A stretch of DNA of 64,000 bases, from contig CANEDP010000001.1 in the NCBI GenBank assembly GCA_947426305.1, positions 66,868-130,867 on the forward strand. Reading direction: 5' to 3'. Shown piece by piece: positions 10,409-20,799 of the stretch (positions are counted from its first letter, which is position 1; every line of letters starts with the position of its first letter). This DNA comes from an uncultured Clostridia bacterium (lineage in GTDB: Bacteria; Bacillota; Clostridia; TANB77; CAG-508). The notes beneath the pieces were generated by a model, which was given only the letters and a program-made list of their open reading frames with translations, had not been told where the DNA came from and ran no database searches. Position numbers and translations under genes: made by a program.

Positions 10409-10934
10409 TATATTGTTTCATTTTTCTTTCCAATATAGACGGAAGTTCTGCTTCTAGTTCTTTTTCTGATACTGTTAGCATATATTTGCCTTCTACCCAA
10501 CTTTTCTTTAATCGTTTTCCGATTGCCGAAACATATCTTCCCACTTCCTGTCTATGTCCATACTCCACATAAGAAGCATATTTTATTGGATTTTCAACAA
10601 CTACAATATAATTATTGCCAAATTTAAGAACTTTTAGTGAATCAGCATATGCCATAGCATCTGGAACGTTCCCACTCTCTGCTTCCGATTCTGTATTTGC
10701 TGTCCAACCTCTTCTTAATGTTCCACCACTTTTTATCGTAAATCTTTTGCCCTTTATTGTTTCAAAACTGCCCTCTCCTATTGGTGTTCTTGGAATTACT
10801 TTTGCTAATAATCTAGCAGCAAGTTCTTTGGCTACTTCTTGACAAAATCTCTCAATATCTGTTTTCGCCAATTTTTCAAACTGTTTTTCTAGTTCTTCTA
10901 ATTCGCTAAAATCACATTTTCCCCATTTTGCCAT
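10383..10934 (-). CDS. HK97 gp10-family head-tail joining protein
   Basis: 183 aa with an ...ASYVEYGHRQ... motif and a position typical of the gp10 family. Confidence 0.55.
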   Translation of the reverse strand: MAKWGKCDFSELEELEKQFEKLAKTDIERFCQEVAKELAARLLAKVIPRTPIGEGSFETIKGKRFTIKSGGTLRRGWTANTESEAESGNVPDAMAYADSLKVLKFGNNYIVVVENPIKYASYVEYGHRQEVGRYVSAIGKRLKKSWVEGKYMLTVSEKELEAELPSILERKMKQYIERCFNNG

Positions 10935-11300
10935 TTATGCCCATCCTTTCCACAATTCTAGCATTATTTCTTGATGTGTATCATAAACCGCTGGTTCTCC
11001 GCTATTCTTATATTCTGTTGTTCTACCTCTGCCAGTTACAATTATTTTACTACCTGATTTTATTTTTAGTTCTGGCGCAATAAATAGTTTAATTTTCTGT
11101 GTCTTTTTGCTTTCTGTATCCGTCTGTGTATTCACGCCAATATCTTCAAAAGAAACTCTACATTTTTGTGCTGTCAATACTGTTTCTTCTGATTTTTTTG
11201 TGATATTCTTTTCTACTTTCGATTTTAATTCAATGACATCGCATTTCCAATCGTATTGACTTTCAAGCGCTTGTCTTGCAAATAATATATATTGATTCAT
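10935..11300 (-). CDS. Head closure / head-tail adaptor protein
   Basis: 121 aa. Called from position and size. Confidence 0.45.
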   Translation of the reverse strand: MNQYILFARQALESQYDWKCDVIELKSKVEKNITKKSEETVLTAQKCRVSFEDIGVNTQTDTESKKTQKIKLFIAPELKIKSGSKIIVTGRGRTTEYKNSGEPAVYDTHQEIMLELWKGWA

Positions 11301-11301
11301 A

Positions 11302-11820
11302 TTACCACCTCAACTTTCGATGTCTATATAAATCTTTTTTATATTTCTCTAGCAAAAAGTTTTTTGAAAAATCAATTGTTCCCATGTTATACGTTATCCC
11401 GTTTATTTCAACTTGTGAAGACGTATCAGCAAATGTTGTTGTCGTATCTCCTATTACAATGCTTTTTACTTTCATTTCTTCTCTTTTTTGTCTTTCTTCT
11501 TCCGATAAAAGCAATACATCATATTTATTTAAAAACCAATAATCTTTAGCCATTGCAACCCATGTACTATACAAATGTCCATCAATTCTTCTCAAATGAG
11601 TAACATCTAAAATAATAAGCATTGTATCAAATATACAATATTGCATTAATTCTTGAACATCAGCACTTTCAAATTCAATACACTCGTCCTTTTCTGTCCT
11701 TATACATTCATCTGTTTCAGTTCTTACACATTCTTTTGTCTTTAACTCTAATTCTAGTCTTTTAATCATTCTGTCTATATCAATACTCGTTCTACTTTTT
11801 ATTTCTTCTAACATATCCAT
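11302..11820 (-). CDS. Head-tail connector (gp6-like) protein
   Basis: 172 aa, lying downstream of the capsid genes. Confidence 0.4.
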   Translation of the reverse strand: MDMLEEIKSRTSIDIDRMIKRLELELKTKECVRTETDECIRTEKDECIEFESADVQELMQYCIFDTMLIILDVTHLRRIDGHLYSTWVAMAKDYWFLNKYDVLLLSEEERQKREEMKVKSIVIGDTTTTFADTSSQVEINGITYNMGTIDFSKNFLLEKYKKDLYRHRKLRW

Positions 11821-11824
11821 AAGT

Positions 11825-12295
11825 TTATTCTCCTTCTGGATTCAAGTTTTCTCCTGTTTTTTCTTTTATCTCTTGAATTTTAGCAATCAATGTTTCTTTT
11901 TTCATGTTGTGAATATTTTTCATTCCCAATTCTTTTGCTCTTTCCCTTAACGCTTCTAATTCTTCGTCTTCGTTACTGTCTCCGACATTTGTGTCGTTAA
12001 CGTTATTATTTACATCTTCATTTTCTTCTGGATTTGAGTTTTCTCCTGTCGGAACCTTTCCGAAATTTTCTAAACAATTATACAAATATTTTTCTACTTC
12101 TTTTAAGTCAAGATCCTCATTTTCTACTTTTATTTGTACAACTCTTTTATTTCCATTTTCATTATTTTCTTTTAGTGCATTTACCATTTCTTTTATCGAC
12201 TCATAATCTTCGTCTGTTACTTCGAACACATCATTTTTAAAATAAGAAATACCATTTACTTGTACTCCTATACCTTTCACTTTTACAGTCTTCAT
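11825..12295 (-). CDS. Rho_N-domain-containing phage protein
   Basis: C-terminal ELEALRERAKELGMKNIHNMKKETLIAKIQEIKE resembles the Rho N-terminal/SAP-like motif. The middle of the protein is acidic. Confidence 0.5.
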   Translation of the reverse strand: MKTVKVKGIGVQVNGISYFKNDVFEVTDEDYESIKEMVNALKENNENGNKRVVQIKVENEDLDLKEVEKYLYNCLENFGKVPTGENSNPEENEDVNNNVNDTNVGDSNEDEELEALRERAKELGMKNIHNMKKETLIAKIQEIKEKTGENLNPEGE

Positions 12296-12346
12296 TTTCT
12301 ACCTCCATTTTATAATTTAATAAGTAGAGCTTTTAAGCTCTACTTA

Positions 12347-13378
12347 TTAGTTAATTACTATACTTGCTTGAAATAACTCATCTGCACAATTTAATGATGG
12401 AATAGCTGTAGCAACTGCTTTTTCCCATGTGCTTACTGGATCTAATGACTCATCATAAACCATTGCAAGGATTTTTCCTACAGTTCTAATATCAACTGCT
12501 GGATTTCCACTTAATCTTATTTCTTCTGCTGTTGGTCCATATAGAGTTTCTCCTAATTGTTCACTTGGCATCATAACAAATGCATTTTCTGGGAAATATC
12601 TTAATTTGTCATAACCTTGACCATTAGCTTTTTCTTTTCTATATTTTTCATCATATGTATAAATGCTTGGAAGTTTTAATTGATTTAAGTAGTTGTTTAA
12701 TTCTCCTACACTAGCGATTCTTGATGTATCTTTTCCAAATAATGCATTTACAACAGCTTTGTTTGATAGTATTTTTGAAAGAATAGTTGTAGAAGTTAAT
12801 ATTCTTCCTGGAGCACTATCTAATTGATTTCTCCATTTAATCATATCTTGAATTGGATTTGCTGTTTCTAAATCCCAATTAACATTAGATATTTTGTTTT
12901 CATCTGGTACACCATAATCAATTGTAGCATTTAGTCCATTTTCATTTAATGTTACTTTTCCTGTTGCTGTTACTTCCATTCTCATTCTTTCTACTCTTGC
13001 TCTAATACTTTGAACAAGATTTTCAATGTCATTATATACTTCTTTCATTAAGTATGTTTTTTCTGCTTCATTTCTTGGTGCTTGTAATGCTATTATATCT
13101 TCTTCTTTTAATTGCATTTTTCTCTTAATTAAAGCTGCTTCAATTGCAAGTTTTTCAGCTTCTCTTGTACCGATTTCAGATTCAGTATTGAAAGCATGAA
13201 CACTTGCTGTTACTGGTGTTTTGCTTTTGTTAGTTAATATATCAAATTTAAGTGATTGTTTTTTCACTTCTGGATATAATTCCTCTCCCATCATAGGTTT
13301 GAATTTTCTTTCTTTTAAATAATTTAATATTTCCTGTTGTGGAAATAACTCTGCTATACTTTTTTGCATAATATACAC
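12347..13378 (-). CDS. Major capsid protein
   Basis: 343 aa, between the scaffold/decoration genes and the connector genes. Size and order are typical. Confidence 0.8.
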   Translation of the reverse strand: MYIMQKSIAELFPQQEILNYLKERKFKPMMGEELYPEVKKQSLKFDILTNKSKTPVTASVHAFNTESEIGTREAEKLAIEAALIKRKMQLKEEDIIALQAPRNEAEKTYLMKEVYNDIENLVQSIRARVERMRMEVTATGKVTLNENGLNATIDYGVPDENKISNVNWDLETANPIQDMIKWRNQLDSAPGRILTSTTILSKILSNKAVVNALFGKDTSRIASVGELNNYLNQLKLPSIYTYDEKYRKEKANGQGYDKLRYFPENAFVMMPSEQLGETLYGPTAEEIRLSGNPAVDIRTVGKILAMVYDESLDPVSTWEKAVATAIPSLNCADELFQASIVIN

Positions 13379-13415
13379 TCTCCTTTATTTATTTTTCTAA
13401 TTTTTCATATTTTTA

Positions 13416-13748
13416 TTATTTTGATTGACTTTCATAATCATCTTTAAATAATATACCTTTCATTGTTGCCTTATCTTCTTCTGCAACAGTTGTTGGTAAT
13501 TTTGAACCATAAACTATTCCTTGATACATTACTGCTCCTGGTTGTGGTCCATGAGTTACATCTACATCAGCAAATACTAATCCAATTGCAACTCCATTTT
13601 CATTTTTGTATACAGTTCCAGCTGGAACTATTTTTTTACCTTTTTCGTCAGCCTCTATACCTTCATCACTAATTTGTCTAGTATAGTTTTGAAATTTAGC
13701 TGACGCTAAAAAATTAACTTCTTGAACACTTTGTTTTTCAACGTACAT
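13416..13748 (-). CDS. Putative head decoration protein (DUF2190-like)
   Basis: 110 aa, immediately upstream of the capsid gene. Confidence 0.4.
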   Translation of the reverse strand: MYVEKQSVQEVNFLASAKFQNYTRQISDEGIEADEKGKKIVPAGTVYKNENGVAIGLVFADVDVTHGPQPGAVMYQGIVYGSKLPTTVAEEDKATMKGILFKDDYESQSK

Positions 13749-13768
13749 ATTTGTTACCTCCTAAAAAT

Positions 13769-14377
13769 TTAATTAAAAAATTGGCTTTTGGTTTCTTGAC
13801 TTTCACTTTTGTTAGCTTCTTTTGCGAAATTAGATGCCATACTAATTTCGTCATCTTCATCCCCTCTGTTTCCTTCTGGGTCAACTGGTTCATAACCAAC
13901 TGCTTTTTTCCTTTCAAAGAAATAGGCATCTGTTTTCTTTATTTCCTCAACTTGTTCTTTCAATCCTACCAATGACTTCTGGTCTTTAGACATTGTTATT
14001 TTCTCAAAATCTAATAAACTTTTAAATGCCTTTCTTGTATTTTCAGATTTTAGTATTTTTAAATCATCTAAACCTTTTTCAAGTAAATCTTGATAAATAT
14101 AATCTTTATGTTCTTTTTTGGCATTTTCTTCTATTTCTTTGATTTTGTTTTGGTATTCCTCACTTGAAATACTATTTTTTTGTAAATCCTCTAGTGCTTT
14201 TTCTTTTTCGCTTTTTTCTTTTGTTAATACTGTTTTGTCATTCTCCAATTGCGCTTTTTCAGTTTTTAACGTTGCATTTTCATCTTGTAATGTTTTCAAA
14301 TCTTTTCCATTTTCTCCCATTACAAAATTAATTTGCTCATCCGTTAACCCTTGTGCTTTTAAATCTTCTGTTTTCAT
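13769..14377 (-). CDS. Scaffolding protein
   Basis: Likely start is MKTEDLKAQGL at 14377, preceded by an AAAGGAG RBS. Highly charged coiled-coil protein upstream of the capsid gene. Confidence 0.6.
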   Translation of the reverse strand: MKTEDLKAQGLTDEQINFVMGENGKDLKTLQDENATLKTEKAQLENDKTVLTKEKSEKEKALEDLQKNSISSEEYQNKIKEIEENAKKEHKDYIYQDLLEKGLDDLKILKSENTRKAFKSLLDFEKITMSKDQKSLVGLKEQVEEIKKTDAYFFERKKAVGYEPVDPEGNRGDEDDEISMASNFAKEANKSESQETKSQFFN

Positions 14378-14575
14378 ATATGCTCCTTTTCTTATAACAA
14401 CTATCGTAGTAGGCTTTTTTAGGCAGTTCTCCATCTTCCGCTATTCAAATTGTTATGAGGCAATTATTCAAGTCTACCTCTTGACTAATTTTATTATTAA
14501 AATACACTTAACACTTTTGTTAAGTGTATTTTAACTCAAACTTTTTTAATAAATAAAAATTATTCTATTTTCATA

Positions 14576-15931
14576 TTATTTACTCTCTAATTCTGTTACT
14601 CTTTTTTCTAACATCTGAACTTTTTTCAACAATGGAGTAACAAGCTTTGAATAATCAATCGAATCTGGCACCATTTTTCCATTCACTTCCGCTAAAGTAA
14701 CAACGTTTGGAAATATTTTATAAACATCTTCAGCAATAAGTCCTGTCTGATTCACGCCATTACTTTCTTTTTTATAATCAAAAATTTTGGCTTCCAATTC
14801 ATCAATTTTATTCGCTTCATCCTCTGTCATTTCTCTAATATTCTTCTTATATCTTCTCGAAGATGCCTGAGTAAATGCACTCGCTGTAATTGGCTTATAA
14901 GTATTTATATCAAACATACTTCTAATTGTTAAATGTTCCCCAACTGCCATAACAGCTGCTGATTCTGAATTATATAAATGAAAATTAGTCGATAATAATT
15001 CTGACAGAAATCCTCTTTTCCATAACGCCCCTGCACTTCCTAAATCATACGCATTATTTTCAGCAGGAAAAATATGTCTAGTTTCTATTCCCCCTTCTAA
15101 GGCTCCACCTGCTGTTGGTAAATAATCATGTGTATGTCCTGTTGGAGAAGCTCCAATATTAGCTGGCGTTATATTCACATTTCCTACTCGATATTCTTCT
15201 TCTTTATCTCCCTTAATACCAGTAATCACATTTTTTTGTGCTTCACTCTCAATTCCGTCCAACTTTGCCTTATCTTCTTTACTCATTAACCCATTCTTTA
15301 AAGCAGAAACAATCCCTGTTCCCGCTTTATTGGCTAATAGATTATTTATTTTTTTGCTTGAAAATGTTTGATTGTCAGAATTTTTGCTATCATCAATCAC
15401 ATCAGCCCATTCACAATCAAAATCTTCATCTGTTTTCTTTCTTAAATACTGTCCTTGTAGTCCTTCAACAGGAACTCCTGTACATTCTTGAATTAATATT
15501 TTTAATTGCTCCATTTTCAACATCCATTGTTGAAGTAATGTTGGAAAATGTGATGTCAAAAAATCGTCTGCATTTATTGAACTATTAACAAACATCAAAG
15601 CATTATTTGAATACCAAACAACTTCTTTGTTCGTATTTTCAAAAACAATTTGATATGTTAAAGTTCCATTTACTTTTGTTGTATAATTCGTAACTTTCCA
15701 TGTTAATGTTAATTTTTTATCTATAATATTCTTTTCCAACTCTATCTTATCCATCATTTTTCCAGTTGGTAGAACTGCTATTGCATAAGCCACATATTCG
15801 TCATCTTTAAAATCCAAATTTTCATAAATCGTATTTTCTAATTCAAATATTAATGTATCTGTACCACTTGAAAATTGAGTTAAATTTATAACGCCCGGAT
15901 TTATCAATTTATTTTCTATTATCAAGTTCAT
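14576..15931 (-). CDS. Fiber protein with C-terminal intramolecular-chaperone (peptidase S74-like) domain
   Basis: Start MNLIIENK at 15931 after an AGGAGA RBS. The C-terminal SSRRYKKNI...IFDYKKES...GLIAEDVYKIFP...DSIDYSKLV region with a terminal coiled coil resembles the endosialidase-chaperone domain. Confidence 0.6.
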   Translation of the reverse strand: MNLIIENKLINPGVINLTQFSSGTDTLIFELENTIYENLDFKDDEYVAYAIAVLPTGKMMDKIELEKNIIDKKLTLTWKVTNYTTKVNGTLTYQIVFENTNKEVVWYSNNALMFVNSSINADDFLTSHFPTLLQQWMLKMEQLKILIQECTGVPVEGLQGQYLRKKTDEDFDCEWADVIDDSKNSDNQTFSSKKINNLLANKAGTGIVSALKNGLMSKEDKAKLDGIESEAQKNVITGIKGDKEEEYRVGNVNITPANIGASPTGHTHDYLPTAGGALEGGIETRHIFPAENNAYDLGSAGALWKRGFLSELLSTNFHLYNSESAAVMAVGEHLTIRSMFDINTYKPITASAFTQASSRRYKKNIREMTEDEANKIDELEAKIFDYKKESNGVNQTGLIAEDVYKIFPNVVTLAEVNGKMVPDSIDYSKLVTPLLKKVQMLEKRVTELESK

Positions 15932-16090
15932 TATTTTTTCTCCTTTCCCACAAAAAATAGACACTCATAAAAGTGTCTATTTTCTTACTATTAGTATAAT
16001 ATATTTTTATTATATATTATAACAACCTTCTCGCCTTTAAGCGCCTACTATTACCATTTAGCAATATTGTCTATTCCGCCACTACATTTT

Positions 16091-16291
16091 TTACTCTAAA
16101 ACTTCAATGCTTTTTATTTCGTTTTCTAATAAAAAATACCCTCTATTATCTATTTCATTATCTATATCGATTGAATCAATTTCTGGCTCATTGTCTAATG
16201 CTTGTGTAAATCCTATTACTTTTCCAATATATGTATTATTATTTACAGAAGTTATTTTTACTCGTTTACCTACATAATCTTCTAATTCCAT
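16091..16291 (-). CDS. Candidate immunity protein for the MuF-toxin
   Basis: 66-aa ORF starting 6 nt after the MuF-toxin stop codon, matching the arrangement known for MuF polymorphic toxins. Confidence 0.35.
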   Translation of the reverse strand: MELEDYVGKRVKITSVNNNTYIGKVIGFTQALDNEPEIDSIDIDNEIDNRGYFLLENEIKSIEVLE

Positions 16292-16296
16292 TTACT

Positions 16297-17871
16297 TTAC
16301 TCCTTCCAAAATGGTACTATGTGCGTACCATTTTTACTGTAATGTATCTTAAAGTCATTTGTTTTATGCTCTCCTCTTTTTGAACTTACAGACACACCAA
16401 TCACTTGTTCTGTATGAATTATTTCTTGTTTGCTCCATTTTTTATCTTCTGCAATTCTTATTTCTCCTGTTCCAGCATATTTATCAACTAATTTTTGTGC
16501 ATCTTCTATCGATATTGTTATATAACTTCTACCCTCAATATAGTTATTATGTCCTATTATATGTTTTCCTTGTTTTCCTTCACTGATTGTCTTATCTACG
16601 TTATTGATATATTGCTTTGCTTGTTCTTCTGAATAAATACCTATTTTATCAGCATAATCAACTTTCAGTTGTTTCCAACGCTCTACATCATTATACTTCA
16701 TTTCTTGAAAATTTGCAAACGTTTTTGGCGCTTCATCAGCCAATACATCTCTATATTTTTCATACTGTTTGTAATCAGATGACTTATTTTTATTTATTTT
16801 TATATCATTTTCAAATGCTTTCTTAGTTTCTGGGTCAGAATATACATATTTTTCTAGCCATTCATTGTATGTAATATTTTTCGGAATATAATATGTTTTC
16901 TTAGTCAACGGATCTCTTGCTGCTCTTTCTCCAAACTCATATTCATCTTCAAAATATGGAGCAGTTGTTGTTCTACATCTAACGTGAAAGGGTGGTGCGT
17001 TTACTCCAATTTCAAAATCCTTCACGTCATGTATAGTCCCATCTATTGTTCTACATATTTCTGATGTTTTTAAATCTAATGTTGCTATATTTATATATTG
17101 CTGTACTCCCAAATTGGTAAAACATTCTTTTCTAGATGTACTTGAAAAAAAAGCCGATTCTGTCATTACCAAAGTTCCCGCCTTATTTTTACTGACTTTA
17201 AAATCTTTTGAAATTTTTTCTATTATCTTATCTGGTACTTCACCTAATATAATTGATTGTGTTAAATCTGTTTGCAAAGTATTAATTAGTGACTTTTTAT
17301 TTTTCCAAATTCTATCAGAAAATGTTTGCTCATCAGTTGTCCACGGTTTCGATATTACTTTTTGAATTATACCTAAATCCAATGCTGCAACCTTAAAAGC
17401 AACATTCGTCCCTTTTTGTATTTCATAAGCAGTTTTATAATACGTATCTTTATAAGAATCTATTATAAATTCAGTAGTTGTCTTTTCTTCATTATAATAC
17501 AATTGTTCAATTTGTTCTTGAATCTGCACTTCTAATGCCTCTAATCTAGAAATATGTACTTTTGCACTTGCATTTTCTAATTCTTTTCTCCAAATTAAAT
17601 CCATTCCATTTTCTTGTCCATATTTTATATAATCATCAATATCCCATTGTAATTCTTTTAATTCTTGAACATTTAACCATTTCTTTGCTTCTTTCAAACT
17701 TATTTGATTATTAACTGCAAATCTAACCAACCAATTATTCATTTCTTTTTTTATTACACTCAATGCTTTTTCGTAAGTTTCTTGTAATTCAGTAACATAC
17801 TTTGCATCATTTAGCAATCGTGCTTCTTCCAGTTTTTCAAATCTTTTCGTCCAATATTCTGCATTATTCAC
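16297..17871 (-). CDS. MuF/SPP1 gp7-like minor head protein fused to a C-terminal polymorphic-toxin-like domain (Ntox50-like)
   Basis: 524 aa downstream of portal. The C-terminal ~110 aa (GKQGKHIIGHNNY...AQKLVDKYAGTGE...FKIHYSKNGTHIVP) matches my recollection of toxin-50 domains. Confidence 0.65.
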   Translation of the reverse strand: MNNAEYWTKRFEKLEEARLLNDAKYVTELQETYEKALSVIKKEMNNWLVRFAVNNQISLKEAKKWLNVQELKELQWDIDDYIKYGQENGMDLIWRKELENASAKVHISRLEALEVQIQEQIEQLYYNEEKTTTEFIIDSYKDTYYKTAYEIQKGTNVAFKVAALDLGIIQKVISKPWTTDEQTFSDRIWKNKKSLINTLQTDLTQSIILGEVPDKIIEKISKDFKVSKNKAGTLVMTESAFFSSTSRKECFTNLGVQQYINIATLDLKTSEICRTIDGTIHDVKDFEIGVNAPPFHVRCRTTTAPYFEDEYEFGERAARDPLTKKTYYIPKNITYNEWLEKYVYSDPETKKAFENDIKINKNKSSDYKQYEKYRDVLADEAPKTFANFQEMKYNDVERWKQLKVDYADKIGIYSEEQAKQYINNVDKTISEGKQGKHIIGHNNYIEGRSYITISIEDAQKLVDKYAGTGEIRIAEDKKWSKQEIIHTEQVIGVSVSSKRGEHKTNDFKIHYSKNGTHIVPFWKE

Positions 17872-19415
17872 TACTTACCACCAACTTTTTCATCATCAGT
17901 TGTCTTGTTATTGTTTAATTCATCCAGCATCTTGTTGTATTCTGTTTCCTGTTTTTTCGCTTCTTTCTCTTCTTCTTTTTGAATTTTCTCTTTTTCATCT
18001 TCCACGTTATTAACAAACGGATGTCTTGAAAGAATCGTGTCTTTGCTCAATATTTCCAGACTATTTACACAATTTTCAATCAATTCTTTTTCATTTACTG
18101 TCATCGTTTTATTAAATACATATTCCACTTCTTTGTCTGTATAGTCTTTTCCTGATATCATCTCTAGCCAGTTGTTATAAAAATACATAAAATATTCTAA
18201 ACTACTTTTAAATTCTGTTTCTATATTGCTACAATCCAAATCCAAATCAGCATACAATTGTTTTAATGCTACCCCTGATTCCTGTGTTCCAAACTTCTCG
18301 CTTTGTGTATCAACCCCAGATCCACCTTCATAAATATCTTTTCGCAATTGCTCTATGAAACTTTTAAATGCTTCTATATTTAAGTTGATATCTTTTCTAT
18401 CATAATTGCCGTCTTCATCTAAAAATACCGTATTAAATGTTTTAAGATTTTTTTGAAAAGTCCCTGCCTCTGCTTGATATTTTTTAACAACATTTACCCC
18501 GTCTGGTGCTTCATAAATCGAATCTCCTGTTCTTGAGCACAATTCATCATAACAATCAATCAGCGATTTTAATAAGTGAATTAACGGCATTTCATCGCTA
18601 TTATATTTAAAGTAAGCAAATGGTATCTTTTTCCATCTATGCAATTGATTGCCAATTTTAAAATGTGCCAAAATGCTTATTCCCTGCTTGTCTTTTCCAA
18701 ATACTAAGTCTTTTCTTCTTTCAACCTCTTCAACATCTTCAATTAGCGACGAACCATCATAAATTAGATATCTAACGCCTTCTAAGTCCCAATATTCAAC
18801 TTTTGTTTTCTTTTCCTTCTCTGTTTCACTCGTATATACTTCAACATCATAAAACATAATAATTGCATCTAATATTTCATGTTCTTCATCCTGCCATAGT
18901 GGAACTATTCTTGTTGCATACCTCAATCTTGCCTTCAAATTTCCCTCGTTATCAATATATATCTGCCACCAAGCAATTCCTCGTTTTACCGTTTCTATTA
19001 ACGTATATTTCAGTCTTTTGTGCATTTTATTATTAAATAAGTCTTTTAAAATTTTTTTATAATCTTCGTCTTCCTCTTCGTCTTTTTCTACAACCTGTTT
19101 TATTGTCGGTTTTTTTCTTAGCAAATACCCCGCTTTTTGATTTATCATTTTATATAAAATCGGATGTTTTAAAATATAATTTTTCATATGTGGTGCAATT
19201 TCCTCTATCCCCAATTCATTTATAAACGTTCTTTGTTTCTGTTCAATATCTCCTTCATTTTTGAAATATTTTCCACCTTCTATCATTTCCTTATATTCAT
19301 TCGATTGTTTAAAATCATTAATTTGTAAATCAATAAATTTTGATAATACCAAACCTTTTTTTGCACCTTCTGCAATTATTAATTTTATTCGTTCCGTCTC
19401 AGTTATCATTTTCAT
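17871..19415 (-). CDS. Portal protein
   Basis: 514 aa between terminase and MuF. Its start overlaps the terminase stop (ATGA). Confidence 0.85.
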   Translation of the reverse strand: MKMITETERIKLIIAEGAKKGLVLSKFIDLQINDFKQSNEYKEMIEGGKYFKNEGDIEQKQRTFINELGIEEIAPHMKNYILKHPILYKMINQKAGYLLRKKPTIKQVVEKDEEEDEDYKKILKDLFNNKMHKRLKYTLIETVKRGIAWWQIYIDNEGNLKARLRYATRIVPLWQDEEHEILDAIIMFYDVEVYTSETEKEKKTKVEYWDLEGVRYLIYDGSSLIEDVEEVERRKDLVFGKDKQGISILAHFKIGNQLHRWKKIPFAYFKYNSDEMPLIHLLKSLIDCYDELCSRTGDSIYEAPDGVNVVKKYQAEAGTFQKNLKTFNTVFLDEDGNYDRKDINLNIEAFKSFIEQLRKDIYEGGSGVDTQSEKFGTQESGVALKQLYADLDLDCSNIETEFKSSLEYFMYFYNNWLEMISGKDYTDKEVEYVFNKTMTVNEKELIENCVNSLEILSKDTILSRHPFVNNVEDEKEKIQKEEEKEAKKQETEYNKMLDELNNNKTTDDEKVGGK

Positions 19416-20799
19416 TCTCCCCTTTGATTTGAAAAATAAACACCTTTATTTTTTGGCTCATATAAAGAAAGAACCAAAGCATCTCCGTCTATCTGGAGAA
19501 GTTAGTCCTCGTTTTTTCATTTCTTCTTTTCGTTCCAATTCTATTTTTCCATCACTATTTATTCTGTATTTTCTATTACTTAACTGCGTAATTTGCTTAT
19601 CGTCATATATAAGTTCTATTTCATTACGTTTTAACTTTTCTCTTAATAATCCCCACATTAACCCTGTTGAATTACTAAATTCAACAGGCTCTTCTTGCTT
19701 GTTTTTTCCTCCTGCTCCACCAAAATGGCATTCGTACAATTTGACTGTTGTCCAATTCTTTTCTTTCTTTATTTCTTTTAATCTATCATATACTCCAACT
19801 CCTAAGCCATCACAATCTATCTTAATATGTATTGGTATTCCTATATATTTAAGTTTTAACTGGTTTACTATTTGTATTATTCTACCAGTAACTTGCATTG
19901 TATCATTATGATGTAATACATTAAGTGGTTGCTGATATGTTTTATCAAACATAGTATTTATAACAGTTTCGTCATCTCCATATCTCGCAACATCCACTCC
20001 TAAGTCTATTCTACTTGTTGGATAATTTTTACTTATTACTCTTCTACTGCAATTTTCTGCCCAATCCAATTGTATAAAACTATCTGGCATTGCCTTTGGA
20101 AATTCTCCAGCAACACGAACCCTATATACGTCACTATCCAACCCATACATATCAGTAATATCTTTGATAAAATCTTTTGAAACTCTTCTTGAGTTCTCTC
20201 CAGATACTTTTGATGTGCTATATTTACTTCTATTTTTGTTATGACTATCAAAAAAGAAACCGCTTAATTGAGTAGGATTTCCCATCATAACTAATCTTGA
20301 ATCTTGAGTTGATAAAGATCCTAATACTGGTTCAAATACTGCATCTTTTACTCCGTGATGCTTCATCTATAATATACAATAAATGGTCTGCATGAAATCC
20401 TTGTAAGGCATCTGGTAGGGTCGCTGTTCGTGGTACTGCAAACCAATTTTCTGGATATGCCTTCATATATAGTTTTTCTTGTGTCCACTCTATTTCTGTT
20501 CTTAATGTTGGATTAAGCCATTTTGCAATTTCTGCCCATAAAATGTCATATAGTTGATGTTTCGTAGGTGCTGTGCAAGGTATTTTAGGAAATGGTCTTG
20601 TACACATAAACCAAATAATAAGCCAACTTAAAGCCGTAGATTTTCCAATTCCATGTCCAGACCTTATTGATGTCATTCTATTTTTTGCAACTCTATTTAA
20701 AATATCTGACTGATTTTCATCTGGTATTGCTTTTATGATATCTTGTACAAATTCAACCGGTCTATCTTTATAATATAAAATGGCTTCTGTCGTTAGCAT
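19412..20799 (-). CDS. Terminase large subunit, needs +1 shifts at CGG 20355-20353 and 19487-19485
   Basis: Walker A-like GHGIGKST. Walker B IIDEAS, then tca CGG a, after which the +1 frame gives GVKDAVFEP...MMGNPT. The second site is SPDR, aga CGG a, then +1 gives GDALVLSLYEP...GE*, ending in an ATGA overlap with portal. Confidence 0.85.

Noticed and set aside
13738-13975. ORFs 13738-13929 (-) and 13751-13975 (+) overlapping the scaffold gene 3' region.
   Set aside because: They overlap the scaffold reading frame, which has a proper RBS and the expected position. No independent start signals.
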